A stretch of 64,000 nt of DNA from an uncultured Acidobacteriota bacterium (GCA_963770895.1 CAVYRF010000002.1:3488001-3552000), one strand, 5' to 3'; positions 8,183 to 17,677 are shown, counted from the stretch's first letter. Numbers and translations are program-made. The notes: generated by a model from the letters alone, not told the origin.

Positions 8183-9436
8183 ATGCGACGAACCGCGACA
8201 GCCTTTGCGCTTCCGATGATTCTGGCCTTGACTCTGGCCCTGGCGGGCGGCTCCCGCGCGCACGCCGGCGTGCTGTACGCCGTGGGCGACCCCGGAATCA
8301 TGAAGATCGACACCAACACCGGCGCGGTGCTCGGCGTGCTGGCGGCGCAACCGCCGACTGGCGAATTCTTCAGCCACATCCTGCTCGACCGCAAGGGCGA
8401 GCTCCTGGCTCAAATCGGACCGGACGATACGGGCACCGCCGCAGCAGCCGGCCAGGTCGTGCGCATCTCTCCGCTGACCGGCGCCATCACCGGCACCTTT
8501 GTCACCGCCGGCAGCGGCGGCCTGGCCAATCCGGACGGCATGGCGTTCGGCGCGGACGGCAACCTGTACGTGCTGGACTTCGCCGAGGACAACCTCTGGG
8601 TCTTGCGCAAGTACGACGGCACCAGCGGCGCCTTCCTGGGAGTCGTCGCCAATATCGCCACCGGCTTTCTGACCGGGCCGGTCTTCGGTCCGGACGGCAC
8701 GATCTACCTGACCGACAATTCCATGGGTACCATCCGCAAGTTCGACGGCGCCACCGGCGCGCCGATCGGCTTCGTGGTGCCCGCCAACGAGGCTCCCGAC
8801 GCCTACGGCCTGACGTTCGGTCCGGACGGCAACCTGTGGGTGTCGGTGAGCGCGCCGACGCCCAGGCTGCGCGTCTATAACCCGGCCAACGGCCAGCTGG
8901 TGCGCGACGTGACGCCGATCAACTTTCCGCGCTCCAACAACCTGCAGTTTGCCGCCGACGGTTCGCTCTACATCACCACGCCGGAGGTGCCGCCCGGCGG
9001 CATCCTGAAGCTGGCTCCCGGCGCCGGCTCGGTGACGCAGCTGGTGGCGAGCAGCGTCACCATCGTGGCGGAAGCGTTGAGCCTCACCTGCAATCCGGAG
9101 GTCAACCAGGTCTGCATGCTGGACGGCAGGTTCCGTGCCGAGGTCAGCTGGCAGACCGCCGCCGGCCAGCAGGGCCAGGGCCGGCCGATCTCCTATTCGG
9201 ACGACACCAGCGAGTTCTGGTTCTTCGGTCCCGGCAATCTCGAAATGGTTGTCAAGATGATCGACGGCTGTTCGCTCAACCAGCACTATTGGATGTTCGC
9301 CGGCGGCTTGACCAACGTCGCCGTCACCTTGACCGTCACCGATACGCAGACCGGCATCGTGAAGACCTACAGCAATGCACAGAACGCGGCGTTCAAACCG
9401 ATCCAGGACACGCAGGCATTCGCCAACTGCTCCTGA
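8183..9436 (+). CDS. Secreted beta-propeller (NHL/Vgb-like) protein with conserved Cys-bounded C-terminal domain
   Basis: AGGAG RBS, signal peptide, repeated FGPDGNLYV-type blades, C-terminal FWFF..N.EM..K..DGC..TNV..TVTDT domain. Confidence 0.8.
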   Translation: MRRTATAFALPMILALTLALAGGSRAHAGVLYAVGDPGIMKIDTNTGAVLGVLAAQPPTGEFFSHILLDRKGELLAQIGPDDTGTAAAAGQVVRISPLTGAITGTFVTAGSGGLANPDGMAFGADGNLYVLDFAEDNLWVLRKYDGTSGAFLGVVANIATGFLTGPVFGPDGTIYLTDNSMGTIRKFDGATGAPIGFVVPANEAPDAYGLTFGPDGNLWVSVSAPTPRLRVYNPANGQLVRDVTPINFPRSNNLQFAADGSLYITTPEVPPGGILKLAPGAGSVTQLVASSVTIVAEALSLTCNPEVNQVCMLDGRFRAEVSWQTAAGQQGQGRPISYSDDTSEFWFFGPGNLEMVVKMIDGCSLNQHYWMFAGGLTNVAVTLTVTDTQTGIVKTYSNAQNAAFKPIQDTQAFANCS

Positions 9437-9464
9437 GCGCGCAGAGAAAGAATCGAGTGGAGCC

Positions 9465-9998
9465 ATGAAAGACATGCACGGTACCCTCGCCGCCTTCCTT
9501 GCCCTTGCAGGCCTGCTCGCCGCCTGTAACAGCCGTCCGGCCGTCCAGGGGAGCGGTGCGCCGTCTTCCCACGCCGGCGGGGCGGCGGCGAGCGCCGGGA
9601 CCCCCTGCGATCGCCAGCTGATCACCGCCGCCGACCTGGCCGGCATCCTCGAGTCACCGATCATCGGCAGCAAGAACCTGCAAGGAGATCCGCAGTCCTG
9701 TTCCTTCACGACCGGTAGCTTCCCGGCCGTCGAAATCAGCCTGCGGCCGACCAACGGCCGGATCACCGTCGAAACCTGGAACTCCGGCAAGATGCCGCTG
9801 GCCGCCACGCCGCTGGCCGGCGTCGGCGACCACGCCGCATGGGTGCCCAGCCTCAACGAGCTGGACGCCGAAAAGGACGACGTCCTGTGCGTCATTGGAG
9901 CGCCCGCGCCAAGCCAGCACTATCGCAACGCGCAGGCCGAGCTGCAGCAGCGCCTGGGCGCGTTGTGCAACAAGATCTTCGCCGCCAACGCCCGCTGA
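9465..9998 (+). CDS. Putative lipoprotein
   Basis: Lipobox LLAA-C after a hydrophobic stretch; four further Cys; follows the upstream gene closely. Confidence 0.7.
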   Translation: MKDMHGTLAAFLALAGLLAACNSRPAVQGSGAPSSHAGGAAASAGTPCDRQLITAADLAGILESPIIGSKNLQGDPQSCSFTTGSFPAVEISLRPTNGRITVETWNSGKMPLAATPLAGVGDHAAWVPSLNELDAEKDDVLCVIGAPAPSQHYRNAQAELQQRLGALCNKIFAANAR

Positions 9999-10148
9999 CG
10001 CAGTGCGGCGCGCACTGCCGCCGTGGCGGCCGGCGGCAGTGCGTTGATCGATACGGTCTCGCTCTCGCTAAAAATGATCAGTTGCGCGACGAAGCGCTGT
10101 TGTGAGGCGGTTCCTTGATATATGGTCGCGCCGCGAGAGGAGACATCC

Positions 10149-11867
10149 ATGCTGAGGAGCCGCGTACGTTTCATACCCGTGCGGAAGGCCGGCCGGCGCC
10201 CGGAGCGCCGGCGTTGCGGGTCGCTGCTGCTGGCCGCGGCCGTCGGGTTGCTGGCGGCCCGGGTGGGCGCGGCGCAGTCGATCACGATCGATGATTTTTC
10301 GACCAACCAGTCGGCCCTCACGCTGACCTACCCGCCGGCGGGGACCTCGGCTTCGTCAAGCGTCTCCGGGACGGGCATCCTGGGTGGCGAGCGCGATCTG
10401 CAGCTCAACCTGACCGGCGGCGTGATCGCCGGCAATACGGTGTCGGCCACGGTGTCCAGCGGGTTCTTCTCCTACTCCCAGGATGCCACGATCGCGGGCA
10501 GCGCCGTCGTGCAGTGGGACGGCACGGACGGCTCTCCCTCCCTGGCCCCCACCGGCCTGGGCGGCGTCGACCTGACGGTCGGCGGGGCGCAGGACGCCCT
10601 TGTGTTGTCGGTCTTCTATGACGACCTTCCCATCTCGGTCACCTTGCAGGTCTATACCGACGCGTCCCACGCCTCCCAGGCGGTGATCAGCCTGCCGGGC
10701 CTGCTCTTTTCCTCGACGTCGTTCGTCGTGCCCTACTCGGCCTTCACGCCCACGATCGGTTCGGGCGCCGACTTCACCAACGTCGGCGCGATCGTCATGC
10801 AGATGGGCTCGAAGGTCACCGCGCCGGACGTGGTGCTGGACTTCCTGCAGACCACGTCGACCCTGAGCGCGTTGCAGAGCGTCGCAATCTCCAACGACGT
10901 GAACGGCAATGGCATGGCCGACCCGGGCGACACCCTGCGCTACACGGCGATCGTGAGCAATCCGACCGACGCCGCGGGCTTTTCCGCAACCGGCGTGGCG
11001 TTTGCCAGCGCCATCGATCCTGACGTCAGCCTGGTGGTGGGCTCCGTGACCACCACGCAGGGCACCGTGACGACCGGCGACGCGGCCGGCGACGGCAGCG
11101 TCGCCGTCAACATCGGCACGATCGCCGACGGGGGCTCGGTCACCATCACGTTCGACGTCGTCATCAAGAGCCCGCTGCCGGCCGGGGTGACGCAGATCAG
11201 CGACCAGGGGAAGGTCACCAGCAGCAGTCTGTCCAACCTGCTGACCGACGACCCCTCTCAGCCTGGCGCCGCCGATCCGACCGTGATCGCGGTCGTCAGC
11301 TCTCCCGCCGTCGCCGCCACCCTGACCTACGCCCTGGCCGTCGACGCCAACCTCAACGGCAAGGTCGACCCCGGCGACACCGTCAAGTACACGGCGGTGA
11401 TCAACGACAGCGGCGACCAGAACGCGGCGGCCGTCGTCTTCGCCGCCAGCATCGACCCCAACGCCAGGCTGGTCGCTGGCTCGGTGACGACCACGGCGGG
11501 CTCGGTGACGACCGGCAACGGCGCCGGGGACGCCAGCGTCGCGGTCGCGTTGGGCACCCTGCCGGGCAACGGCGGCACCGCGACGGTGACCTTTGAGGTA
11601 CAGGTCGACGACCCGCTGCCGCCGGCCGTGACGCAGATCTCCGAGCAGGGGACGGTGATCGGCTCCAACTTCGCCTCCACGCCGACCAACGACCCCACGA
11701 CCCCGGCTCCCCTGGACGCGACGGTGACGCCGATCAACCGGGAGGCCATTGCCCAGGTGCCGACGCTGGGCGGCTGGGGCCTGCTGGCGCTCGCCGCGGC
11801 GCTGCTGGCCCTGGGCCTGCACCGGATGCGCCGCACCGCCACCCCGCACGCGCCGTATCGGAATTAG
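10149..11867 (+). CDS. Surface protein with two DUF11-like repeats and an IPTL-CTERM-type sorting signal
   Basis: Two D.N.NG..DPGDT..YT repeats; C-terminal VPTLGGWGLLALAAALLALGLHRMRR (motif, TM helix, basic tail). Confidence 0.8.
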   Translation: MLRSRVRFIPVRKAGRRPERRRCGSLLLAAAVGLLAARVGAAQSITIDDFSTNQSALTLTYPPAGTSASSSVSGTGILGGERDLQLNLTGGVIAGNTVSATVSSGFFSYSQDATIAGSAVVQWDGTDGSPSLAPTGLGGVDLTVGGAQDALVLSVFYDDLPISVTLQVYTDASHASQAVISLPGLLFSSTSFVVPYSAFTPTIGSGADFTNVGAIVMQMGSKVTAPDVVLDFLQTTSTLSALQSVAISNDVNGNGMADPGDTLRYTAIVSNPTDAAGFSATGVAFASAIDPDVSLVVGSVTTTQGTVTTGDAAGDGSVAVNIGTIADGGSVTITFDVVIKSPLPAGVTQISDQGKVTSSSLSNLLTDDPSQPGAADPTVIAVVSSPAVAATLTYALAVDANLNGKVDPGDTVKYTAVINDSGDQNAAAVVFAASIDPNARLVAGSVTTTAGSVTTGNGAGDASVAVALGTLPGNGGTATVTFEVQVDDPLPPAVTQISEQGTVIGSNFASTPTNDPTTPAPLDATVTPINREAIAQVPTLGGWGLLALAAALLALGLHRMRRTATPHAPYRN

Positions 11868-11959
11868 CCGCGGACCGCTGGCTGGCCCCTGCCGGTGGGA
11901 TCGGCCGGCGGTGGCGAAGGGCCGGACGGTGCTACCCTGGGCGCAAAAGGAGGGTCCCC

Positions 11960-12310
11960 ATGCACCGACCAGATGCGGTGGGCCGCCGGTGGGCGGGTTG
12001 GGTAGGGCTTTGGGCGCTCGTGCTCCTGCTGGCGCCGCTTGGCGGCTGCCGGCAGCGCCCGGCTTCCGCTGGCGCGCCTGTGGGCGCCGGCGGGGATGCC
12101 CCGGCCGCCGGTAACCAGAGCGAAGCCGAGAAGACCCGCCAGATGGAGGAGAAGGCCCGGCAGCTGAACGACCAGGCGAGCGACATCAAGAACATGCAGG
12201 GCACCGAGCAGGAGAAGATCGACGCCGTGAACAAGCTCGAGCAGGAGCGCCAGGATCTCAACAAGACCGGCGGCGACGGCGGAACGCCCGCGGCGCCGCC
12301 CCCGCAGTGA
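11960..12310 (+). CDS. Small putative lipoprotein with coiled-coil
   Basis: Lipobox-like LGG-C, charged helical C-terminus, AGGAGG RBS upstream. Confidence 0.65.
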   Translation: MHRPDAVGRRWAGWVGLWALVLLLAPLGGCRQRPASAGAPVGAGGDAPAAGNQSEAEKTRQMEEKARQLNDQASDIKNMQGTEQEKIDAVNKLEQERQDLNKTGGDGGTPAAPPPQ

Positions 12311-12463
12311 GTCAAAAAGGGCGCGTGAGCGTGGGCGCAGGCTCCTTGCATTCCATGGGGATTGACCTCAAACTACGCTCAGGGAGTACCCCCACCAGCG
12401 ACTCGACCCTCTAGCCTTGAGTCGACGGGTCGCCCGGGGCGCTCCACAAGGGGGACCAGGCAC

Positions 12464-14422
12464 ATGTCGAAAGGCACCATGCGGCTCCAGACTCCTCTCG
12501 TGCGGGACAACGGCGTTCTGCGGCCGGCCAGCTGGGACGAGGCTTTGGAGCGCGCTGCCCAGGGTTTTCGCGCGGCGGTGGAACGGAAGGGACCGCAGGC
12601 GTTCGGTCTCTTCAGCTGCTCGAAGACCACCAACGAGATGAACTTCATGGCACAGAAGTTCGCTCGCGTGGCTTTGGGCAGCAACAATATCGACAGCTGC
12701 AACCGTACCTGACACGCCCCCAGCGTCGTCGGTCTGGCGACGGTCTTCGGAATGGGCGGTGGGACGACCTCCTACCAGGAGATCCACGAGACGGATCTGC
12801 TCGTGCTGTGGGGCAGCAACGCCCGCGAGACGCATCCGATCTTCTTCCATCACGTCCTCAAGGGGATCCACAACGGCGCGCGGCTGTACGTCGTCGATCC
12901 GCGGCGGACCACCTCCGCCGAATGGGCGGTGGGGCACATGGCGCTCAGCGTGGGGACCGACATCGCCCTGGCCAACACCCTGGCGCGCGAGATCCTGGTC
13001 TCGGGGCTGGAAAACCGCTCGTTCATCGAAAACGCCACCAGCGGCTTCGACGAATACCGCGCCAGCATCATCGACGAATGGACCCTGGAGCGGGGCGCGG
13101 CGGTGACCGGGGTGCCGCCGGCGGCGATCCGCGACATGGCGCACGCCTACGCGCGCGCCGATCGCGCGGTGATCTGCTGGACGCTCGGCATCACCGAGCA
13201 TCACAACGCGGTCGACAACGTGCGGGCGCTGATCAACCTGGCGCTGCTCACCGGCCACGTCGGGCGCTACGGCTCCGGGCTGTCGCCTTTGCGCGGCCAG
13301 AACAACGTGCAGGGCGGCGGCGACATGGGCGCCCTGCCGGACCGCCTGGCGGGCTTCCAGCACGTCGAAAACGACGAGGTGCGCGGCCGCTTCGAGCGCG
13401 CCTGGGGAGTGCGCATCCCGCCGAAGAAGGGCTGGCACCTGAGCGGCATGTTCGACGCCATGGAGCGCGGCGACATGACGGCGCTCTACGTCATCGGCGA
13501 AAATCCGGCCAGCTCCGAGGCCGACCAGCATCGCACCGTGCGGCTGCTGTCGGGGCTCGACACGCTGGTGGTGCAGGACATGGTGATGACGCGCACGGCC
13601 GAGCTGGCCGACGTGGTGCTGCCGGCCGCCGCCGGGTGGTGCGAATCCGACGGCACGGTGACCAACAGCGAGCGGCGGGTGCAGCGGGTGCGGCGCGCCC
13701 TGCCGCCGCCGGAAGGGGTGCGCGACGACATCCAGATCATCCTTGGCCTGGCGCGGCACCTGGGATGCGACCTCGGCGACCCGACGCCGGAACAGATCTG
13801 GGACGAAGTGCGGTCGCTGAGCCCGATGCACGGCGGCATGTCGTATGCGCGGCTGGAGGGCGGCGGCCTGCAGTGGCCGTGCTACGACGACTCGCATCCG
13901 GGCGAGCTGTTCCTGCACGCGCGCCTGTGGGAGCGCCCGGTGCTCGGGCCGCGGGCGCCTTTCGGCGTCGTGATCGACGAGCCGCCGGTCGAAGAGCTGA
14001 GCGCAGAGTTCCCGCTGCGCCTGACCACCGGCCGGCGCCTGGATTCCTACAACACCGGGGTGCAGACGGGCCTTTTCGCCTCGCCGCTGCGGCGCCGCGA
14101 AACGCTCGACCTGGCGGCCGCGGATGCGCGGCGGCTGGGCATCGCCGACGGCGACATGGTGCGCATCGTGTCGCGGCGCGGCACCGTGCTGGCGCCGGCG
14201 CGCATCGATCCGGGGATGCTGGAAGGACTGGTGTTCCTGACGCTGCACTTCCCCGACCAGGTGGCGACCAACGAGCTGACGGTCGATTTTGTCGACCCGC
14301 TGTCCGGCACCTCCGAGTTCAAAGCCGCGGCGGTGCGGGTCGAGCCCGCCGGCGTGCCGCTCGCGGCAGAGGCAACCGCGGCGGCGGCCAAGCCGGCGCA
14401 CCACCTGGCGCCGGTCGGTTGA
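12464..14422 (+). CDS. fdhF: Selenocysteine-containing formate dehydrogenase catalytic (Mo/W-bisPGD) subunit; Sec TGA at 12710-12712
   Basis: The two track ORFs are in one frame joined by IDSCNRT-TGA-HAPSVVGL. Sec-His pair, LRGQNNVQG Arg motif and a C-terminal molybdopterin-binding domain are present. Confidence 0.9.
12713..12742 (+). promoter_or_regulatory. Bacterial SECIS element
   Basis: Hairpin CGUCGUC-GGUCU-GGCGACG (12724-12742) begins 11 nt after the TGA and carries the GGUCUG seen in the E. coli fdhF SECIS. Confidence 0.85.
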
Positions 14423-14483
14423 GGGCTGTCGGCGCGCGGCGCGGCGGACCGCGGATCTCGAGCTGCTTGCCAGGCTGACCGGC

Positions 14484-16595
14484 ATGGACCTGCACTTCAC
14501 TGGCGATTCGCCTTCCGCAGAGGAGCAAGACGCCGTCGACGCCTGCCTTGCCGCGTTGACCGGCGGGGCCGTCCCCGCCGCTCCGCCGGAGGGGGCCGCG
14601 GCGATGGCATTCGTGGCCTCGCCGCAGGGGTTGCGCCAGTACCTGCTGCCGGCGCTGCATGCCCTGCAGGGCCGGATGGGATGGATCAGCCCCGGCGGCC
14701 TCAACCACGTGTGCCGGCGGCTGGGCGTGGCGCCGGCCGACGCGTTCGGCGTGGCCGGCTTCTACGCCCTGTTCCAGACCCGCCCGCAGCCCCCGGTCGC
14801 CGTCCACGTCTGCGACGACATCGGCTGCCGCTTCGCGCCGGCCGGCGGCGAGGCCCTGTGCGCCGCGCTCGCCCAGGTGCTCGGTCCCGAGGGCGGCGGC
14901 GCGCACGCCGCCCCGGCGCGCGGCCAGGCCCCCGGCGCTGCCGGCGATGTCGCCGCTGGCGGTGATGGCGGCGAGGGTAGCGCCGCCGGCGATGGTGGCG
15001 GGCCTGGGAGGCGCGCCGACGCCCGCGCCGGCGGCAACGGCCACGGCGATGGCGGCGCCGGGATGCCCGGCCTGGCCGGCGTCACCTGGCATCGCAGCCC
15101 CTGCCTGGGCCTGTGCGAGCGGGCGCCGGCGGCGCTGGTGATCGCCGCCGGCAGCTCGCCGCGCGAACGGGCGGTGGCGCCGGCCTCCGTGGCCGCGCTG
15201 GTGGACCTGGCGGCGGCATGGGCCAAGGAGGGGGAGGAGACCGGAGGCGGCGCCGCCGGCGAGCCGGCTGCGGGCCAGGCTGCGGCCCGCGAGACCGAGT
15301 CGCCGGCCCAGGCGGTGGCCGTTTCCGTGCCGCAGGTCGGCGGCAAGGAGGAGCCGGGCGGCCCGCTGCGGCTGCTGGCCCGCGTCGGCCGGATCGACCC
15401 CGGAAGCCTGGACGACTACCGCGCCGCGGACGGCATGCTGGCGCTGCGCCGCGCCCTGGAGATGGGGCCGGAGCGGGTGGTGCGCGAAGTGCTCGATGCC
15501 AAGCTGGTGGGGCGCGGCGGCGCCGCCTTCCCCACCGGCCAGAAGTGGCAGGGCGTGCGCTCGGCGGTGCTGCCGCGCTTCCTGGTCTGCAACGCCGACG
15601 AATCCGAGCCGGGGACGTTCAAGGACCGGGTGCTGATGGAGGGCGACCCCTACACCCTGATCGAGGCGATGGCGATCGCCGGCTTCGCCACCGGCTGCGA
15701 GCAGGGGTACCTCTACATCCGCGGCGAATACCCGCTGGCGACCGAGCGGCTGGCGCACGCCATCCGGCGCTGCCGCGACCACGGTTTCCTGGGCCCCGAC
15801 CTGCTGGGCCACGGCGTGCGCTTCGACATCGAGCTGCGGCGCGGCGCCGGCGCCTACATCTGCGGCGAGGAGATGGCGCTGCTCAACTCGCTGGAAGGCC
15901 GCCGCGGCGAGCCGCGCAACAAGCCGCCCTTTCCCACCCAGGTGGGCCTGTTCGGCAAACCCACGGTGATCAACAACGTCGAAACGCTCTACAACATCCC
16001 GGCGATCGTGATCGGCGGCGGCAAGGCCTTTGCCGCCCTGGGCACCGAGCGCTCGACCGGTCCCAAGCTGTTTTGCGTCTCCGGCCACGCGCGGCGCCCG
16101 GGCGTCTACGAAGTGACGTTCGGTGTGACGCTGCGCCAGCTGCTCGACCTGGCCGGCGGCATCGGCGGCAGCGGCCGGCTCCAGGCCGTGCTGCTGGGCG
16201 GCGCGGCGGGCGGCTTCGTCACCCCCGAGGAGCTGGACGTGCCGCTGACCTTCGAAGGCACCCGCGCCGCCGGCGCCAGCCTGGGCTCCGGCGTGATCAT
16301 GCCGTTCGACGACACCGTCGACCTGCGCCAGGTGCTGCGGCGCATCGCGCAGTTTTTCCGCGACGAGTCGTGCGGTCAGTGCGTGCCCTGCCGCGTCGGC
16401 GTGGTGCGCCAGGAGGAGGTTCTGCACCGCCTCGCGGTCGACCGCCCGCTGGGATCGATCCGCCAGGAGGTGGGTCTGCTCAAGGAGCTGGGCCAGGTGA
16501 TGCGCGACGCGTCGATCTGCGGCCTGGGCCAGACGGCGTCGTCCGCGGTGGAGTCGGCGCTGGCCAAGTTCCCCATCTTCCAGGAGGCGCAATGA
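14484..16595 (+). CDS. NuoE-NuoF-like fused diaphorase subunit (2Fe-2S, FMN/NAD, 4Fe-4S)
   Basis: LLPALHALQ..C.DIGC..CLGLC, then GRGGAAFPTG, CNADESEPGTFKD, GAYICGEE and ESCGQCVPCR..CGLG. Confidence 0.9.
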   Translation: MDLHFTGDSPSAEEQDAVDACLAALTGGAVPAAPPEGAAAMAFVASPQGLRQYLLPALHALQGRMGWISPGGLNHVCRRLGVAPADAFGVAGFYALFQTRPQPPVAVHVCDDIGCRFAPAGGEALCAALAQVLGPEGGGAHAAPARGQAPGAAGDVAAGGDGGEGSAAGDGGGPGRRADARAGGNGHGDGGAGMPGLAGVTWHRSPCLGLCERAPAALVIAAGSSPRERAVAPASVAALVDLAAAWAKEGEETGGGAAGEPAAGQAAARETESPAQAVAVSVPQVGGKEEPGGPLRLLARVGRIDPGSLDDYRAADGMLALRRALEMGPERVVREVLDAKLVGRGGAAFPTGQKWQGVRSAVLPRFLVCNADESEPGTFKDRVLMEGDPYTLIEAMAIAGFATGCEQGYLYIRGEYPLATERLAHAIRRCRDHGFLGPDLLGHGVRFDIELRRGAGAYICGEEMALLNSLEGRRGEPRNKPPFPTQVGLFGKPTVINNVETLYNIPAIVIGGGKAFAALGTERSTGPKLFCVSGHARRPGVYEVTFGVTLRQLLDLAGGIGGSGRLQAVLLGGAAGGFVTPEELDVPLTFEGTRAAGASLGSGVIMPFDDTVDLRQVLRRIAQFFRDESCGQCVPCRVGVVRQEEVLHRLAVDRPLGSIRQEVGLLKELGQVMRDASICGLGQTASSAVESALAKFPIFQEAQ

Positions 16596-17665
16596 GCGGC
16601 AGCGGCGGCGACACCTCGGCAACTCCGGTCACCTCGGCGAACCCCGACGACACCGGCCCCCGGGCGCTCATCCCGGTGCCGCGCGGCCCGGTGCCGGTGG
16701 CGCCGCCGCCGCGCCCGCGCGCCCAGGTCGAGCTGACCATCGACGGCCGCCCGGTCACGGTGCCGGAAGGGTCCACCCTGCTCGACGCGGCGCGCCGCCT
16801 GGCGATCGACACGCCCACCCTCTGCTTCCTGGAGAACCTGACCCCGGTCAACGTCTGCCGCGTCTGCGTCGTCGAGGTCGAGGGCGCCCGCACCCTGGTG
16901 CCCGCCTGCTCGCGCAAGGCCGAAGCCGGCATGGTCGTGCACACCGATTCGCCGCGCGTGCGGCTCAGCCGGCGCCTGGTCCTGGAGCTGCTCTCTTCGT
17001 CGGTGGACGTATCGACCGCGCCGCAGCTCCAGCGCTACATGCGCGACTACGACGCCGCGCCCGAGCGCTTCGGCCCCGCGGCGCCGCCCGCCGCGGCCGG
17101 CGAGCGCGACGCCGCCCGCCCGGGCCACCACCACGCGCCGCCCGTCGAAGACGGTGCCGGCGCGCCGGAAGGGGCGGCCGTGGCGGCGCCGGCCGCGGCG
17201 ACCGTCGGCCAGCCGGTCAAGGTGGACAACGACCTCTACGTGCGCGACTACTCGAAATGCATCCTCTGCTACAAGTGCGTCGAGGCGTGCGGCACGGATG
17301 CCCAGAACACCTTCGCCATCGCCCTGGCCGGCCGCGGCTTCGACGCCCGCATCTCGACCGAGTACGACGTGCCGTTGACCGATTCGGCCTGCGTCTACTG
17401 CGGCAACTGCATCGGCGTCTGCCCGACCGGCGCCCTGATGTTCAAGAGCGAGCACGACCTGCGCCAGGCCGGCGCCTGGGACGAGCCCGCCCAGACCCAG
17501 GCCGACACCATCTGCCCCTACTGCGGCGTCGGCTGCACTCTCACCGTGCACGTCCAGGAAGAGCGTATCGTCAAGGTGACTTCGCCGATCGAGAGCAGCG
17601 TTACCAACGGCCACCTCTGTATCAAAGGGCGTTTCGGCTGGGAGTGGGTGAACCTGCGCAAATAG
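16592..17665 (+). CDS. Fe-S subunit: NuoG-like 2Fe-2S and 2x4Fe-4S plus C-terminal molybdopterin-oxidoreductase 4Fe-4S domain
   Basis: PTLC..CRVCVVE..C, CILCYKCVEAC, CVYCGNCIGVCP, then TICPYCGVGC..LCIKGRFG. ATGA overlap with the previous gene. Confidence 0.9.
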   Translation: MSGSGGDTSATPVTSANPDDTGPRALIPVPRGPVPVAPPPRPRAQVELTIDGRPVTVPEGSTLLDAARRLAIDTPTLCFLENLTPVNVCRVCVVEVEGARTLVPACSRKAEAGMVVHTDSPRVRLSRRLVLELLSSSVDVSTAPQLQRYMRDYDAAPERFGPAAPPAAAGERDAARPGHHHAPPVEDGAGAPEGAAVAAPAAATVGQPVKVDNDLYVRDYSKCILCYKCVEACGTDAQNTFAIALAGRGFDARISTEYDVPLTDSACVYCGNCIGVCPTGALMFKSEHDLRQAGAWDEPAQTQADTICPYCGVGCTLTVHVQEERIVKVTSPIESSVTNGHLCIKGRFGWEWVNLRK

Positions 17666-17677
17666 CGCGCCGCGGCG

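Noticed and set aside
12311-12463. Moco/Wco riboswitch ahead of FDH
   Set aside because: I could not see the multi-stem fold with GNRA tetraloop; kept only as a weak leader-structure note.
12362-12712. FDH as a nonsense-disrupted pseudogene or separate 116-aa gene
   Set aside because: The TGA is at the catalytic Cys/Sec position and is followed by a SECIS, so recoding explains it better.
15113-16591. 850-aa ORF start for the Fe-S subunit
   Set aside because: The Arg/Gly-rich alternate frame overlaps nuoEF; the real start is ATG 16592 with an AGGAGG RBS.
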